The notes: a model not told the origin generated them from the letters alone. Counted from the stretch's first letter, positions 49,860-64,000 are shown. The stretch: DNA of 64,000 nt from Trichoplax adhaerens (GCF_000150275.1 NW_002060945.1:5381397-5445396); one strand, 5' to 3'. A program made the numbers and translations.

Positions 49860-52800
49860 CTCTATAGATTGATATTTTTAGTTAATAGTACTAATTACTT
49901 AATTTAATATTGTGTGATCTAAAGTAAGAATTAGTAAATATTCTAAATTAATACATAGTCAATAGAAATACTCTAGTTATCAGTTTATATGATGTTATGA
50001 TGGCGATTAATCATAACTGTAGATAGATAGTATATTGATTTGCTTCATCAATATCCTAGCTTTAGCAGTTAAATTACTTGGTATAACTTAATTTCATTTC
50101 TTCCCTGCAGAGTCAATAGAACTATTCGAGCTGTTAGTGTTGTATGATACTATAGTAACAGCTTGCATAATTATAATTTTAGATCGATGTTAGCTTGATT
50201 TATTTCATCAATCATAGATCGTGAGTAGTTAAATTACTTTACATATTTTAATATTGTTTCTTTTCCATAGATAATCTCTTTAGTATTTCATACTAAGTTG
50301 GACTAATAGTTTAAATTTTATGCTGATACTGTTATACTTATTATGTGAGTTCATTTGATATTTTTCTACGCGCAAAATTGGCTATTGGTACGCGGTTGAT
50401 GGTAAATTTTTATTTGTTCTTATTTCACTATTCTAGAACTAATATTTCTGAAAGAATTAAGATATCAATCTATATTGATATTTAGTGTTGACGGCATCAT
50501 TCCGTTTTTTGTGTAACTTATACTAAAATTGCTTTTTATCAGGATTTTGTTATGATATTCATATCTTATAGCAATAACTACTATTTAGTTCAGTAATATT
50601 TAATTCTAAATACAACAATATTGGAAACACTACTGATGATATTTTATAGCATAAAATAATTTTATCTCATGTTTTGATCCATAAGAAACGATATCTAAAA
50701 CTACAGTAATATAGAGTTATCATTATACCGATCCTAATGTGAGTGTTTCCGATTCATTTATTGTAATTACCGTATCTTAGTAAATTATATTTAAATTGTG
50801 ACTACATTCCCTAATATTTGATATTGAAATATCTATCGCTCGAGTTGAAATGATTAACAAAAATTCAGTTGATATCAGTTTAGGTTCTTGTAACTGCGAT
50901 AATTAACATTAGCCTCGACCATATAGATATTTTTAATATCCATCTATGATCTTGCTAGTGTACAAATTGTGGATAAGCGAATGAAGATAAAATTAAAAAT
51001 CGATTTCGCATCGATAGTATTAATTTATAGTTTTTTGTTCCTTACTCAACATATCATTTGTTATCACGTGATAATTCGCCAATATTGGTTGGAATATTAT
51101 CATTTACAGTGATATTAAGTATACTGGCCAATCCGTTAAATTCTACAAGAATCATTATAGTGATGGCTATAAAACCAAATTCATACCGATATTAACAAGA
51201 TTAAGGTAGTCGGTGACGTTCTTAAATAATTTTTGCTAATTGCAAATATTATATTTGATATGTCATTGACGCTACCTGAGACTCAAAATCTATGCGATAA
51301 TTCAACATCATATTGACTGAGTTGCAATTTCATCTGATGAGGACATTATTAAAATAAAATGTTACACAATTGCGTAATACTGCTGACTAGTCCTCCCCTT
51401 CGTCAATGTGCTTTTTAACATTCTGATCATAACCGTTATCAGTAATATTGTTCATATTAAGTTTGATAAATCTTTGATTTATATGGTCGGTTAGATGTTC
51501 ATTTTATGACTTAACTTCATATTAACAGTATTTATGTTTAATATTACATCCACATTACTGATATAAATAATTAGATGCGAAAAGAATCAATTGATTGGGT
51601 TAGTTAGTGATGCATAGCTCGATAATCTTGCCGTTGTTTATATTCTCCGTTATCAATTAATTTTAAATACTGATAGCAACCGGCATCAGTGATACTGTTA
51701 AAGTTAAACTAGGTAAATCATTGATTTATATGACCATTTCAAAAGTGTCCGTGTAATGATTTAATATCTTATAAGGCATACTGGAATTTAACTTGTCGAA
51801 ATTATTGTCATCAATTTTCAGATTTAGTACCGTACCTGTAATTAAAATGTTTTTAATACAGTTATTTTTGTTATTTACTGTACTACTCAATAATGTCATA
51901 GTATTCATGAGTTTATACTAAAGTTTGACATGGTTCTCATTAGCAGTGAAGACATTTGATAGATATTGGTTTTATTGAAGCCAGCTACACAGTTAATCAA
52001 ACCAATTTCCATACGAGCTTTACATTTTCAAATTATTTTGTTGGCAATATTAGTCAAACACACATTAATATTTACTCTCACACTTATCTTAACGCAAATA
52101 ATGCGTTAAATTTCAAATTTTGGGAAATCATTGTTTTGTATGTATTTACGACTGTTTTATCTTATTGATTTCGTCTCCAAAGACTTGTAAATAAACTGCT
52201 TTCCTACTAATTGATACTATCGTCACAATTGTACGTGATAAATTAAAAATTTAAACTTTTTATTTATTGATACCGGACTTGTTTAATTTTTTGTCCACGC
52301 TCTAATAAATATTCAGGGGCGGAAGTAAAGGTCAAAGGGAAAGTCATTGATCTGATTTATTTGTGGATTAACTAATGTACTGTTGCAATGGTGCTGTGAT
52401 TGAATATGAATTAATACCGGTACCTTATAAGTGTATACTATATCGATGTTCTACTTTTTCGCAAAAATTACGGTTTTATCCACTGGTCGTTGAATACCGT
52501 AGCCTAAATTAAATATTAAGCATGGATTATTATATCTTATTTACTACTTTATCTCATTCATGTATTGAATCTTTGTATCTATTTAGGGATTGTCTTGGAT
52601 TGTAGCTAAATTAGATATAATTGTTGATTTACGCAATATCTATAGGTTTAAATAATAAAAAATCAAACTTTCAAACGTCTATGTTACTAGATGTATCAAA
52701 TTTTAATCAGCATTGCTTATGAGAACAACAACAAATATATTAACAAAAATAAATTCACAATCTTAAAGCTGCCTTTATTGTTATTAGTCTATATCCATAT

Positions 52801-55800
52801 TCAGAAAAGTTTTCGCTGATATGGCTAACATAACGATTTGGTTGTCTTTCAATTTAATTTATAGCTAAAAACAGGGTTTAACCTTTTAAAACCTATAGCA
52901 ACGTAAAAACCTTTGATATTTTTACCCATAATTATAATTTTTACTTCTATTTTTAACTAAGAAAAAGTGGCACTACGTATACTTTATCATTAAAAATGAA
53001 ATCCAGTAAGTTATATTTTGACACAAGAGATAGAATTATAATTACATCAATCATTAATAACTGATCTTTGTGTTTACCTTAATAGTAATATAATTATTAT
53101 AATAGGTCTTTTACGACAGCATTGATACTTGTAATAAACACTCATCGGGAACATCACGAATCCAATTGATGCATATGAGGGGAAATGGGTAAATATTGAT
53201 AATATAAATACAGTAATAGTATTTTTAAAATTAATTTGATACGAAATGATTCTGATACTACGTTAATCGATATCAACTGTGATCAAGTCTAGGTATGCAT
53301 ATCAATGTCTTCTTTCTTAGCCTGGCCACTCAATTAGAGTTAATTGGTTCTATAAACCGGAAACATTTGATAGAAATGATGATTTTATACAGCTAGATCA
53401 GCTCTTAATTAAGTTAAATTATCTTGCACCTGTTCCGATAAATAGCTAAAATAAGTGATAGTGGAAGCATTATAATGCTATTTGATCAATAATTAACATA
53501 AATCATCGTTTATAATTTATTTATTCAATTTCGTAGATACTAATTATGCAGTACACGGGTATGATTACGACAGTAAAAGTTGTAGCAGTTCAATTGATTT
53601 TATCTTGCTATCACTAATTGATTGATCTCGAATGTAGCTGCAGAGAACAATCTATTATATTAGAATAGTAAATCAGTAAAATTTTAGTTAATACATGATT
53701 CAAGCCACGACATAAATAGTACGCTACGAATTTCATATCATGTCCGGAATTGCCTATACCATAAATTGAAGATACCGAAATATTTCGGAATATCCTAAGG
53801 CTCATTAATCTATATGTCAATTCAAGAACGATGAAAAAATTTATAGCATAGCAAAGTATATTAACCCGAAGTATCGTGAGTGGAAGATTCTATCAATAAG
53901 ACTTAATAATCAAATATCACAGTCATTCGATAGTATAGATAGATATTACGAGCTGCACTAGTACAGTGTAAAATGCATGTAAGTAATTGATATTTGGATC
54001 TAGATTGCGTTTATGAAGCCTCAATGTACATCATTAAGTTAGACCCCGAGAACATGTGAGTATTTGATTGTCACTAGAGATGTACTTGATGCTCGGTAAA
54101 ACTATTGATTTATGTAATAAAGTGAAAACTCAACGAGAAATCCGAGTCTTGCTATATTAATTTTAAGACACTTTATTACGGGTAGTGTTAATCTTGATAT
54201 GTACATACCGTATATTACTTATGGCTAATTGTCTTGACTAAATTGGCCTCTTGATCATTATGAATGCTATAAAGAAATATACATACTGTAGGCTGACAAG
54301 TAGATTGTAATATGAATATAATTTGGATTGTGAAAAGTAGATTAAAAAGATACGAATTGATGTATAACTATAAATAATGGCGCGATGGTCTACAGATAGT
54401 ATCTCAGAAGTTCCGATAGATCTTAAAATCGCACAATATAATGTAGGCCAACTGAAATAGATCTAAAAGTATCCTATGTTATAAAGATATGAACAGGACA
54501 TTCTACTGATATTACAGTTATATAATTACAATTAATGATTGATGTCATATGGAATACGAAACTGTGAAACTATAAAAGTAATTTTGATCCTTGGACTAAT
54601 AAATAAAGCTTGCTATAAAGCTTTGAAGCAGTATACAACTCATTAAGCCCTTTATAGCTAGTAGAGCATCTTTATGTACTCAGTGTGCAGTCATAGTGAA
54701 ATAAGATGATCTGATAAATTCCTTAAAATGAAGGACTGTCGTGTTTCAATAAAGACTATAGTAATATCAAGCAATCTTCATCCTACGGCAAAATGTCACA
54801 TTTTCTGTTGATTATTGCCTTTATGGTGGATGTAAGGTGATATTGACATGCTAGTAATCAATTTAAAAGACTTATAGAAAAATAATGTATTAAACGTTGA
54901 AGCGGCCTGCATTTATGCAAACAGTCAATCTTAAATTTTGAACTCTTTCAATACTCGATATTTGTAATTATCATCTGATTTATTGTACAATGCACAGTAG
55001 AAGCATGTGTTAGTGAGATAATGCTAAAATACCGATACAAGAAAACTGCTATTACTTGAGAGTAAAATATTGCTGTTTGAAAAGTAATGACTTCAAGTGA
55101 GTAATTTTGTTTTATAATCATAAAATTAACATCCATTATCAATGCTATTACGTCAGGATACTAATAGATCTCTCAATAAGTAACAATTATTCCATCTGAT
55201 AGTAACTATAAGCTTTGAGATGTTATCTTGTACAAGTATACTAGCAATGAGGATCGTGCAATAATATATGAGCATTTTTACAGTTTAAATTACTGTTATC
55301 CTTTTAGTATGCTCCCATAGATCAAAATAGGAATACCATATTCTACTACAAGTTCTGTAATATACTATTGTTACAAATATAATCTTGGATGAGTTATTTA
55401 GCATTCAACAATACGATGCAATTATCGGCTGCCGATTGTGTACTAGTCAATATGCTACTAGCTAATTTTCCCCGTAAATACTTCCATCAGATCGCTTATT
55501 TATTTTGCAATACACTAAAGCAAATGAAGGATACGGAGCTAAAATTTTGGTGGCATATAAAAAAGATGAATTAACTGTATAGCACGTATATCCTAGGAGC
55601 AGCGTTAAGGATTAGCAATTGGAAATATTTTAAATAAAATTAGTTCAATTCAACCCGTTGTGAATTTTAACATTATTGATATACTCGTACGTAATTGTTG
55701 ATAATAGCACTTTATCAATAATAACGTACTGGATATACGAATAAAATCTTAATAGCAAATTATTAATTAGCTTTATAGTATCTATTCCGTACGAAAAGCT

Positions 55801-56900
55801 TTAGTGAAGATTAATAATTGGAAACATTTTAAATCAAATCAGTTTAATTGAAATAGTAGTGTAGATATTTTAACATTATTGATGCATGCAATTACTGATT
55901 CCAGCGTTTGATCAACAATAACGTATTTAATATACAAATAAAATTTCAACAGGAAATGACTAATTAGCTCAATAAATACCTGTACTATCAAATTACCGAA
56001 ATAGAAGATTTGTAAATAGAATATTTTGAGTATAAATCAATTTAATTTAAATAGTAGTCGATTATCATGTTTCCACCTATATATAACTTCTGACACTAAC
56101 ATTTGATATAATCCTACAATAGATAACAGTTATAACTCAGATCGACTACTGAATTAATACTGCCGTGCATCTACTGATTGCTTCTGAAAATGATGTTACC
56201 TAATTAGCTCGAAATTAACATGCTTGAACCCATTTCTACAATATTACGATATTGTTACCAATTACTAAAGATTCTTTAAGCTAGACATTATTTCAATTAT
56301 TGAGAAAATGATGATTCATGTCTATCGATGTAATTGATATTCTTGGAAGTAAACTAGTTACGACTTTAGACGTTTATTTATTCAAGGAATATTTATAATG
56401 GACTAAAGCTATTGCATTAGTATTAGATGATAATTGATTATAATTACTCTATTTCTATGGTGTGCTACAATGCGATATGTGTAGAGATCTATATACTGAT
56501 ACACAGAAGAAGGTGAAAGTATACCCTATAAAAATTGTTCTATAGGACATTTATATAATTTTTTCCGCCTGCAGAATGTTTAAAGAGAACTCGACTTAAA
56601 TTGAGCTTGGTTTGTAGAATACGTTTATGATGCTCTTGATTTTAAAGCTTGTACAGTGCAATTGCTAATCCATCAGTGTTCAATTTCATCTCAAATTGGC
56701 TGGTATTGGCCTATATCATTTTGATCAGTTGCTGCTGTGATAGTTATTGATCTTAAAAAACTTGCGTTAGACCAAATGAACAGCTTTGTATCGAGCTAGA
56801 AGAATTAGATGCAATCATGCTTGTTGGCATTGTTTGATGTTGTTAAAACCATGGTATTATCCTTGAATATGACAATAATTTCAATAGATGATAAAATCCT
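49860..56900 (-). pseudogene. Heavily decayed multi-cadherin-repeat (Fat/protocadherin-like) gene remnant
   Basis: Cadherin-repeat motifs in shifting minus-strand frames, interrupted by stops: ITITAATDQNDIGQ (~56747-56706), NNDFPKF (~52135-52115), NFSINS (~51927-51910), LNLKIDDNNFDKLNSS, INDLP (~51725-51711), IDFES (~51294-51280), LNITVNDNIP (~51119-51091), SIDSAG (~50120-50103), A-DIDEANQYTIY (~50060-50024). Identified by eye only. Confidence 0.5.
55617..56060. repeat. Diverged tandem duplication, ~200 bp period x ~2.3
   Basis: AATTGGAAA.ATTTTAAAT.AAAT.AGTT.AATT..TTTTAACATTATTGAT..ATCAA.AATAACGTA..TAATTAGCT occurs at ~55617 and ~55815, with a partial third copy near 56015. Confidence 0.8.
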
Positions 56901-59900
56901 TCGGTAAACTACTGCTAAAGTAATCCATGACGATAGTCAGTTTTTAATTACGTCGGGTAGAATAAACTTAATCTTTGATATTATACACGTATCGCCAGAC
57001 TGCCATTAATAAATAATTTTAACTCTTACGTAACGCCAACTAGGACTATAAAATTTAGTTGCTTTTAGAATGCTCGCTTATTCCTATTCATAACTGAACA
57101 CATGGCTTGTGATATTAAGAATGAAGCAACTGCAGGTAAAACAATTTATTGAAATTCATTTTTGAGCCATTTGAGAGTGTGGTAATTATTTTAATTGGCG
57201 TGATGGATTGAAGAATGAATCTAAAGTATCCTTAAAAATCGAGCTATTTGCTATGGATAGTTTCTAGTTTGAAATAATTGACGACGTGATCTGTTATGCA
57301 ATATTTCTGTTATGTAATGACTACAGTTTAGTCATCTTATAATATGAGTTATTGCATTGGCTATAATGGTATTTGATGATGATTATTACGATCATGATAA
57401 AGTCCCTTTATTATTAAGACAATATATTAGCGATTAAGTCGTGAGTATTCTTAATGAATGCGAAATATTTTTACATTTATTTGTACATTAACGTTAAAAT
57501 AAGATTCGAATGACATCGTGACTTATGAACTTGAATTATGATTGTTATCCTGTACTTGTAAGTTTAATTAATAAAGAAATTATCATTGTAGTGATGCACC
57601 CATATTTGATTATACGGATAGCTATATTTGATATAGTTAGGTTGTTTTGAATAGGTATTATTAGAAATTCTGGATGACTAATAGTAGCCAGTTGACTAAT
57701 TATGGTACAAGATTTATGTAGCTAGAAACACTGTAGTTGTTGAGATGTCCTTCGGAGAAAGGGCCTAGACCTTAATAGAATAGTAGTAACATCTTAAATA
57801 GAATGATTTAGACTGTAGAAAATAATGATGTACTATTAGAGAAAAGTATTTGTTTGATGACTCATGTCTGATTGTAGATAAATCAAGTTGTCATAAATGG
57901 ATTTAACGAGATGTTTATAAGAACTGCAGAGATGAGCTCACAGAGAATAAGAGACTTTACTTCGCTTTGAGCTCGGAATACTTTAGATTTTAGACTAGAT
58001 TCGTGTAGTAATTAATTATTGCTCTACTATTCCTAAAATTTTGTAATAAAAGCCTTTTAGAAAATACCATTTGACTAAGATAGTTATTGTGAGACGCATT
58101 TATTACAGTCATGTAAAAGATTTTCTCAATTTTAATAATTAAAATTTTGAGTTAGTGAATTTTGAACTTCAAAGGTTTATAGCTCATTTTTCAACCGGTT
58201 TGATAATCCATTCACTACTTATATTGTAAAATGTCTAAAATAGATCATGGTGGACCGATTTTGTTCTTCGAATTAGGTTTGGACTTTGCTCTTCATATCA
58301 TACGAGCGATTGGATTATTTTGAAAACCCTAATATAGTCTAAAGTCTAAACTACGTCGATGTACTTTGAAATAGAAGCTTCATGTTAATGTCCTATTCCC
58401 ACTATCTATTTGTGCAGACTTTTTGCACTGAAATTAACTGTCCACTTTGTTTACAATAATACCTTGTGAGAAGATCAGTCCATTGGGATAGTTCAATATC
58501 ATCGTTTACCTAGTAAGAGAATGTCCAAATGAGTTTTTTTTACATATTCTTTACCGGATGCCTTGATTGACGGTATACCGTACTGTATATGCGGTAGAAT
58601 CATTTAAGGATGAATATTGATCCTAGTTTACTGCTAGTTTCACTATCTTTCTTCCTACGTCCTGATACGGATTAGGTGAAGATGTAGACGTGATTGGATC
58701 ATCGCTGAAGAGGATCTAAATACGTCGAATTGCGTCATTTCCTTGCCGGAAACCTGACAATGTCATCATGCGTACAGTAGGTTATCCTATACGGATCGGT
58801 GTGGATCCCATAGTGGTAAAAAAAAAAAATAGAATAGTGGTTTTTTATATCTCTGTGGTGGATCCTAATCAATTTATAGATGAATTTACGGTCTTTCCTG
58901 GATCTTGATACGCGTAGAGCTAAAATTTGGCATGAATTACTAGATACGCGTAGATATACTGCATCATGGGTTGAAAGAAGATTGTCTCCTATTCGATCTC
59001 CCAATTGTAGTGAATAAAGTTATTAATAAAAATCGACATCGATGTAATGAAGGTTAATATGTAGTCTTGCAGTCATGGTATAACTCATTGGGCCTACACA
59101 TATATCATAGATACGCCTATATTGATATTGATATACAGGCATATTAAAATTGATAATACATAGTGCTACCGTCCTAATTTAGGATGCAGCACTGTGGCCT
59201 AACACGGAATTATGCAGATTAATACGTATGTATTGAAAGATAGTATCTACAAGAGGTGTAGTCTTTATACATCAATGAGTTGGATAGTACTTGGATGCTT
59301 AACTAGTTCAAGTTGTGCTCAATCATAACACAAATGATGAGCATCGACTAACGAAAAATCAATGTTTTAAGGTGGTTGCATCGATTGCGCTTTCTGGTCC
59401 TGGAATTCAGTATATCTTCTAGTCAGTTTTACAACTCTATTCCAAAGGAAGACGATCATCGTCATTTTTGATCGTTAATATTATTATTATTCTTGCCTTT
59501 CTGATTTTCCCTACTCATTTCCCTATCAAGTTAATGAGCCTAGTTACCGTTGAAATTAGAACAGGCATGCTGGAAAATGGCCAAGAATTTGCGTGCAAGG
59601 ATGATGCAATCATACCTTAACTTGCCATCTCCCGTCCCGTCCGTCCCGCCGGCCGGCCGGCCTACGTGGCAAAATTGCCCTTTGCTTTGTTGACCTGTCT
59701 CCAATCGGAGGGGCTCCGATCGCGAGCTAGAATGACGATGTGTAAAAATATAGTAGTGAAAAGCAAGGTATTTTTACCACTGATTGAGTAGTAAACCTAC
59801 AGAACTGATCACGTGAGTGATGACGTTTCGTACACCACCCACTTCTTACCCCAAATGGCAGGATCCTGCTATTTTCTAACCTTGTCATCCATCAAGACGA

Positions 59901-60983
59901 GAAAATGGACAGTCTGTTATGTATTTATGTCCTCTACTAGTTGCACTTGTTATTATCCAGTCAAGTACAGTAGAATCCTGGAGACTGATATTTCTTCTTT
60001 CTGCAAGTGCAATAGCTGATCGTGATGAGGTGAAGGATTGTGGTCATGATGCAGCTTAAAAAGATGATGCTGCATTCTATCTTGATGCAATACTAGCTAT
60101 CTATTTCTTGAAATTACAGGATAGACCGTTATGAAAACTCTGATGACGAACAGTACAATTTACTCGCCTAATATAGAGTAGTCTACAGTATAAACTTTAG
60201 TTTTCTTTGTTCTTTCCTTCCTTGTTACAGTATATCTGATTTTTCTGTCTTGTAATGATATTTAATTGAAGTAAGAACGATCGAGGTAAGACATGGAGGT
60301 ATTCTCCTTACTTCTATGGTAAAGACAACCAATATATAATGATATCCACGATAACCCACCCCATGCGATGATGTTGCTACTACGACAGTACTGTCAAAGT
60401 GTCAATTCCTCCTTACAACTCTACTGCAGACATTGATATAGATTGTCCTTGGCAGAAGAACTGATTGATGTCACTGAGTGATCTTGAGCAAGAAATTAGC
60501 AAGTCTTGTTGTATTCATTCATTTTGAGATTCAAAGCGATGAATAAGAACTACTCAAGGTCCCTGTTCAAAGCATGCATAGTGTCCAAGATGTTGCAAAA
60601 TCTTCCACTGCAAGCTTGCATAGGTCATTTGCATCAAAGAGACAGGGACTACTCAACACGAATTCGAATTTTGGGTTTCGCTATCTGGTCTGTGCCATGC
60701 GTTCTAAATCGTGCTGGAGAAATCCACGCCAGTACAGTACAGTACTACACACTGAACTAGAGCGCGACCACCACGGAATCCAGGACGGACGCCCGTCACC
60801 TTTTCCTATACAGTATTTATACCCCAGACAAGAGGTCGTGACGACATCCGTTGACGTGACGCCTAACTGGCAGTAGAGCTTGACTGGATCTTTTTTCCTC
60901 TCCACTTTTCTCTTCAGCCATTTTTGGCCTTCTTTGCATCTCTTTTTCAAGCGTAGCCGCAAGGTAAAATTCAATCTAACATC

Positions 60984-63900
60984 ATGGCTGATCATCCAGC
61001 ACAATCCTTCGATACCGATTGCATGACTTTAACTCGATTTGTGCTCAATGAGCAGCAAAAATTTCCTCAAGCCAGTGGTGATTTAACGCAGTTACTCAAT
61101 TCTTTACTGACAGCCATTAAAGCAGTTTCTTCGGCAGTCCGTAAAGCTGGCATAGCTAAACTGTAAGTTTCTCTGCTATCCAACATGGATTTCAATGTTA
61201 TTTTTTACTAGCTTAATGCTTGACTAATGAGAGAGTGTATAGACAAGTCCATCATCCAATCCTGCTATGGGGGGGGGGACATTTAGTTTCAGTCATTTCT
61301 CTTCGATAGATCATTCAATGGCTTAGAACTCCTCTTGCTTGCCTTCGTAGTCGTAGTAGTTCGGAGTACGCCCTCTACAGCACAGAAAAGGCAAAGGATA
61401 CTGTAGATACACTGTCGATATTGCTCAACATAACAGCTTTCATTCATAGATAGTTCTATCAAGAACGATCCAAAAACCCACTAGGCTTTGACCAGGGATG
61501 TCCCTGCTTTGACTATGGCTACATCGCTCGCAGTTTTTTCAGGACGATACGACCGTATCCTGACACTTTGATCCCTTGCGATCCAAAACATTTCCGGCTA
61601 TCACTTCTTGACGTACTATATTGACAGTCAGGACATGATCGCCGCAGGCTGCCATGGTGATAAATAAAGGCAAATGAATAAAACGTAGGAAAAAAAAAGG
61701 TGGAGAATGACAGTATTGGCGTAGGTAGAATAGCAGGATTGACCTCTGTTTGATGTTCTCTTTCCACTGTTTGTATTAACTAGCGTATGCAATCAGCCAA
61801 GGTGCAATCAATTATGCTAATTCATGATTACCCAATCAACACCACAACTTTTTTCGTCAATCGCGCATTTGTAAGTCTACAACATGGTCTATTCCGATAC
61901 TTATAAATACAAGTCGGTTTGAAGGGAATCAAAAGATCAGTGGATGGCTATGCTGCTACGTTGCAGCTGGAATCGGGATCGCGTCTTGCTGTTGAGTTGG
62001 TACCAGGACGAGGTTCTGGAGTGCAAGGTAATAGTAGTCCCTTGACGTATACTGCATTCAATGAAACTAAAGCCAGACTGCCATTTCTACCTTTGATAAC
62101 CATCGGATAGACTAAGAAATGGAATCTTTAACAAGGATAGAACTGTATTGGCAAAAATGATTGTATAAACTAAATCACAGGCTCTTTTTTTGAATTAAAG
62201 GCAGTTCGAACCAGCACATTCATCATGCTGCTCTGCATGAATACACGAATAAACAATTTACCAGCTGACACGACTCTCTTCATTTGCTAAGTGCCCGTAA
62301 CCTTGCAGGCATGACTGTGCTTAGCCCTTCCTCTTGCAACAAGCACAGAGAATAAGATGGAATCATATTGTCTACTAATAATATAATTTACATGTTTACT
62401 TACTGTTAGCCCTGGACAAAAAGGTCATACGTACAGTACAGTACAGTACAGTATCGCAGATAGAATGTTTACATAGCGTAACAACTCCAATTTTATATCC
62501 ATTCTGAGTCAGTGATTTGGTGATGATGATAGCCTTTAAATATTACCCTTTACCCTGTATGATCTGTTTCCTTCGTACATATCGTCTATACAAAGTTATT
62601 TTAAAATTGAGATACATAAACCAAGTTTGGATCAACATTTTTCCTCTCTAATACACCTACATACAATTCATAAACCCATTGATTCTAAGATTCTCATGTC
62701 TTAAATAATTCACTAATTAATAAACTTTCTATCATTTTTATCGCCTAACAGCTTCGGTATTGCCGGTGAAATCAATGTGCAAGGTGAAGAAGTCAAAAAA
62801 TTGGATGTCTTAGCTAATGAATTATTCATTAATATGTTAAAGTCATCCTACACTGTTGCTGCCATGGTATCGGAAGAGAATGAGAAAATGATTGAAGTAG
62901 AAACGGAGAAACAAGGAAAATATATCGTCTATTTTGATCCTTTGGATGGCTCCTCTAATATAGATTGCTTAGTTTCCATTGGTTCTATATTTGCGATAGG
63001 CAAAAAGGTACATCACAACAGTCTATACTATGTTGCAAACGTGTATTAATGCATTATAGATCGCAATTTTATCATTTATAGTCGAAATGAAGGATGGCCT
63101 TCACTGTTAATGTCGTCTTCAATACAGTACGATTAATTGTTTATTAGCTACTTAATAACCCTGTAAAAAAATAGCAATTACTCAATTAAATTTGAATTAA
63201 ACTACGTATTCTTGGAACTATCTTGTACGTATACCTTAGAATTGTGATGGAACGCCAACTGAAAAAGATTGCCTTTGCAGCGGTCGCAACATTGTTGCTG
63301 CTGGCTACGCCTTATATGGCAGTGCTACCATGGTTGTTTTATCAACTGGTAATGGTGTCAATGGATTTACCTTAGATCCAGTAAGTGTAAAAGTTGTGTT
63401 ACTGTACAGTACAATTGAACCGCTTGATGTGTCTCAAAATATCACAAATTTCCTGTCGCAACTGTTATACCGTAAATTTTTGCTCTTTATAATTAATTTT
63501 ACAACGCGTATGTAGGCATAACCATTAACCACTTGTACCCGTAAATAGCTTGATATTATCGATGATACTATTATACCTAAGATAAATATTCTATCAAATG
63601 CGTTATGTAGTCTATCGGAGAATTCGTCTTGACTCATGCAGATATGCAATGCAAACCGAATGGCAAAAAAATCTATAGCTTGAATGAAGGCTATGCACAA
63701 TATTTTGATCCTGCTGTAACAGAATTTTTGGAAAGGAAAAAGTTTCCCAAAGTATGGCCTAAAATAATTTCATCGCTAACAAATTATGCTTTTTATAATA
63801 AAGCTAAAATTCTTGAAAATTTTTGTCTTTTTTGTATCATATAACTTACAATCTACTGTAAGTTTACACTTATTCATTTACTACTTCGTTCCTTGTTTAG

Positions 63901-64000
63901 GATGGCTCTGCGCCTTATTCTGCTCGATACGTCGGTTCTATGGTATCGGACGTTCACAGGACGCTGATGTATGGCGGTATTTTTATGTATCCTGCTAATG
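60984..64000 (+). CDS. FBP1: Fructose-1,6-bisphosphatase class 1, 3' end beyond window
   Basis: Exons 60984-61162 ([36 protein letters not shown]), 62752-63007 ([32 protein letters not shown]), 63240-63380 ([12 protein letters not shown]), 63611-63751 (IYSLNEG), 63901-end ([26 protein letters not shown]). Confidence 0.98.

Noticed and set aside
34303-58500. Flamingo/CELSR (cadherin repeats fused to an adhesion GPCR)
   Set aside because: The GPCR has its own signal-peptide exon at 48785, no LamG/EGF/HRM domains are seen, and the cadherin-like segment is full of stops.
58735-62110. Short ORFs around the FBP promoter and intron 1
   Set aside because: No recognisable domains or consistent splice structure, and lengths are as expected by chance in locally GC-richer DNA.

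Overview
AT-rich, intron-dense eukaryotic DNA. The short GT-AG introns and full set of animal genes suggest an early-branching animal, probably a placozoan such as Trichoplax (inference, not verified). I spliced eight protein-coding genes by hand: a MALT1-like paracaspase (-, 3' end runs off the window), DNAAF4/DYX1C1 (+), TUBGCP4 (-), TP53BP1 (+), RPS6 (-), a zinc-ligand-deficient MDR dehydrogenase (+), an adhesion GPCR with two C-type-lectin domains (-) and fructose-1,6-bisphosphatase (+, runs off the window). Best leads: (1) a death-domain/Ig/caspase 'type 1' paracaspase with only one Ig domain; (2) an MDR pseudo-enzyme with all catalytic Zn ligands replaced; (3) a decayed cadherin-repeat pseudogene in the ORF-poor 49-58 kb region; (4) a G.U-rich plus-strand hairpin cluster between RPS6 and the MDR gene; (5) an ACTGTACAGT/(GTACA)n motif concentrated at promoters; (6) a 7-unit 123-132 bp tandem array. 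Smaller observations include several GC-AG introns, an RFX X-box upstream of the ciliary gene, an RPS6 5'TOP leader, and TUBGCP4-TP53BP1 adjacency shared with human. No prokaryotic systems, rRNA, tRNA or intact transposons were recognised. Exon coordinates are hand-derived and may be off by a few bases.
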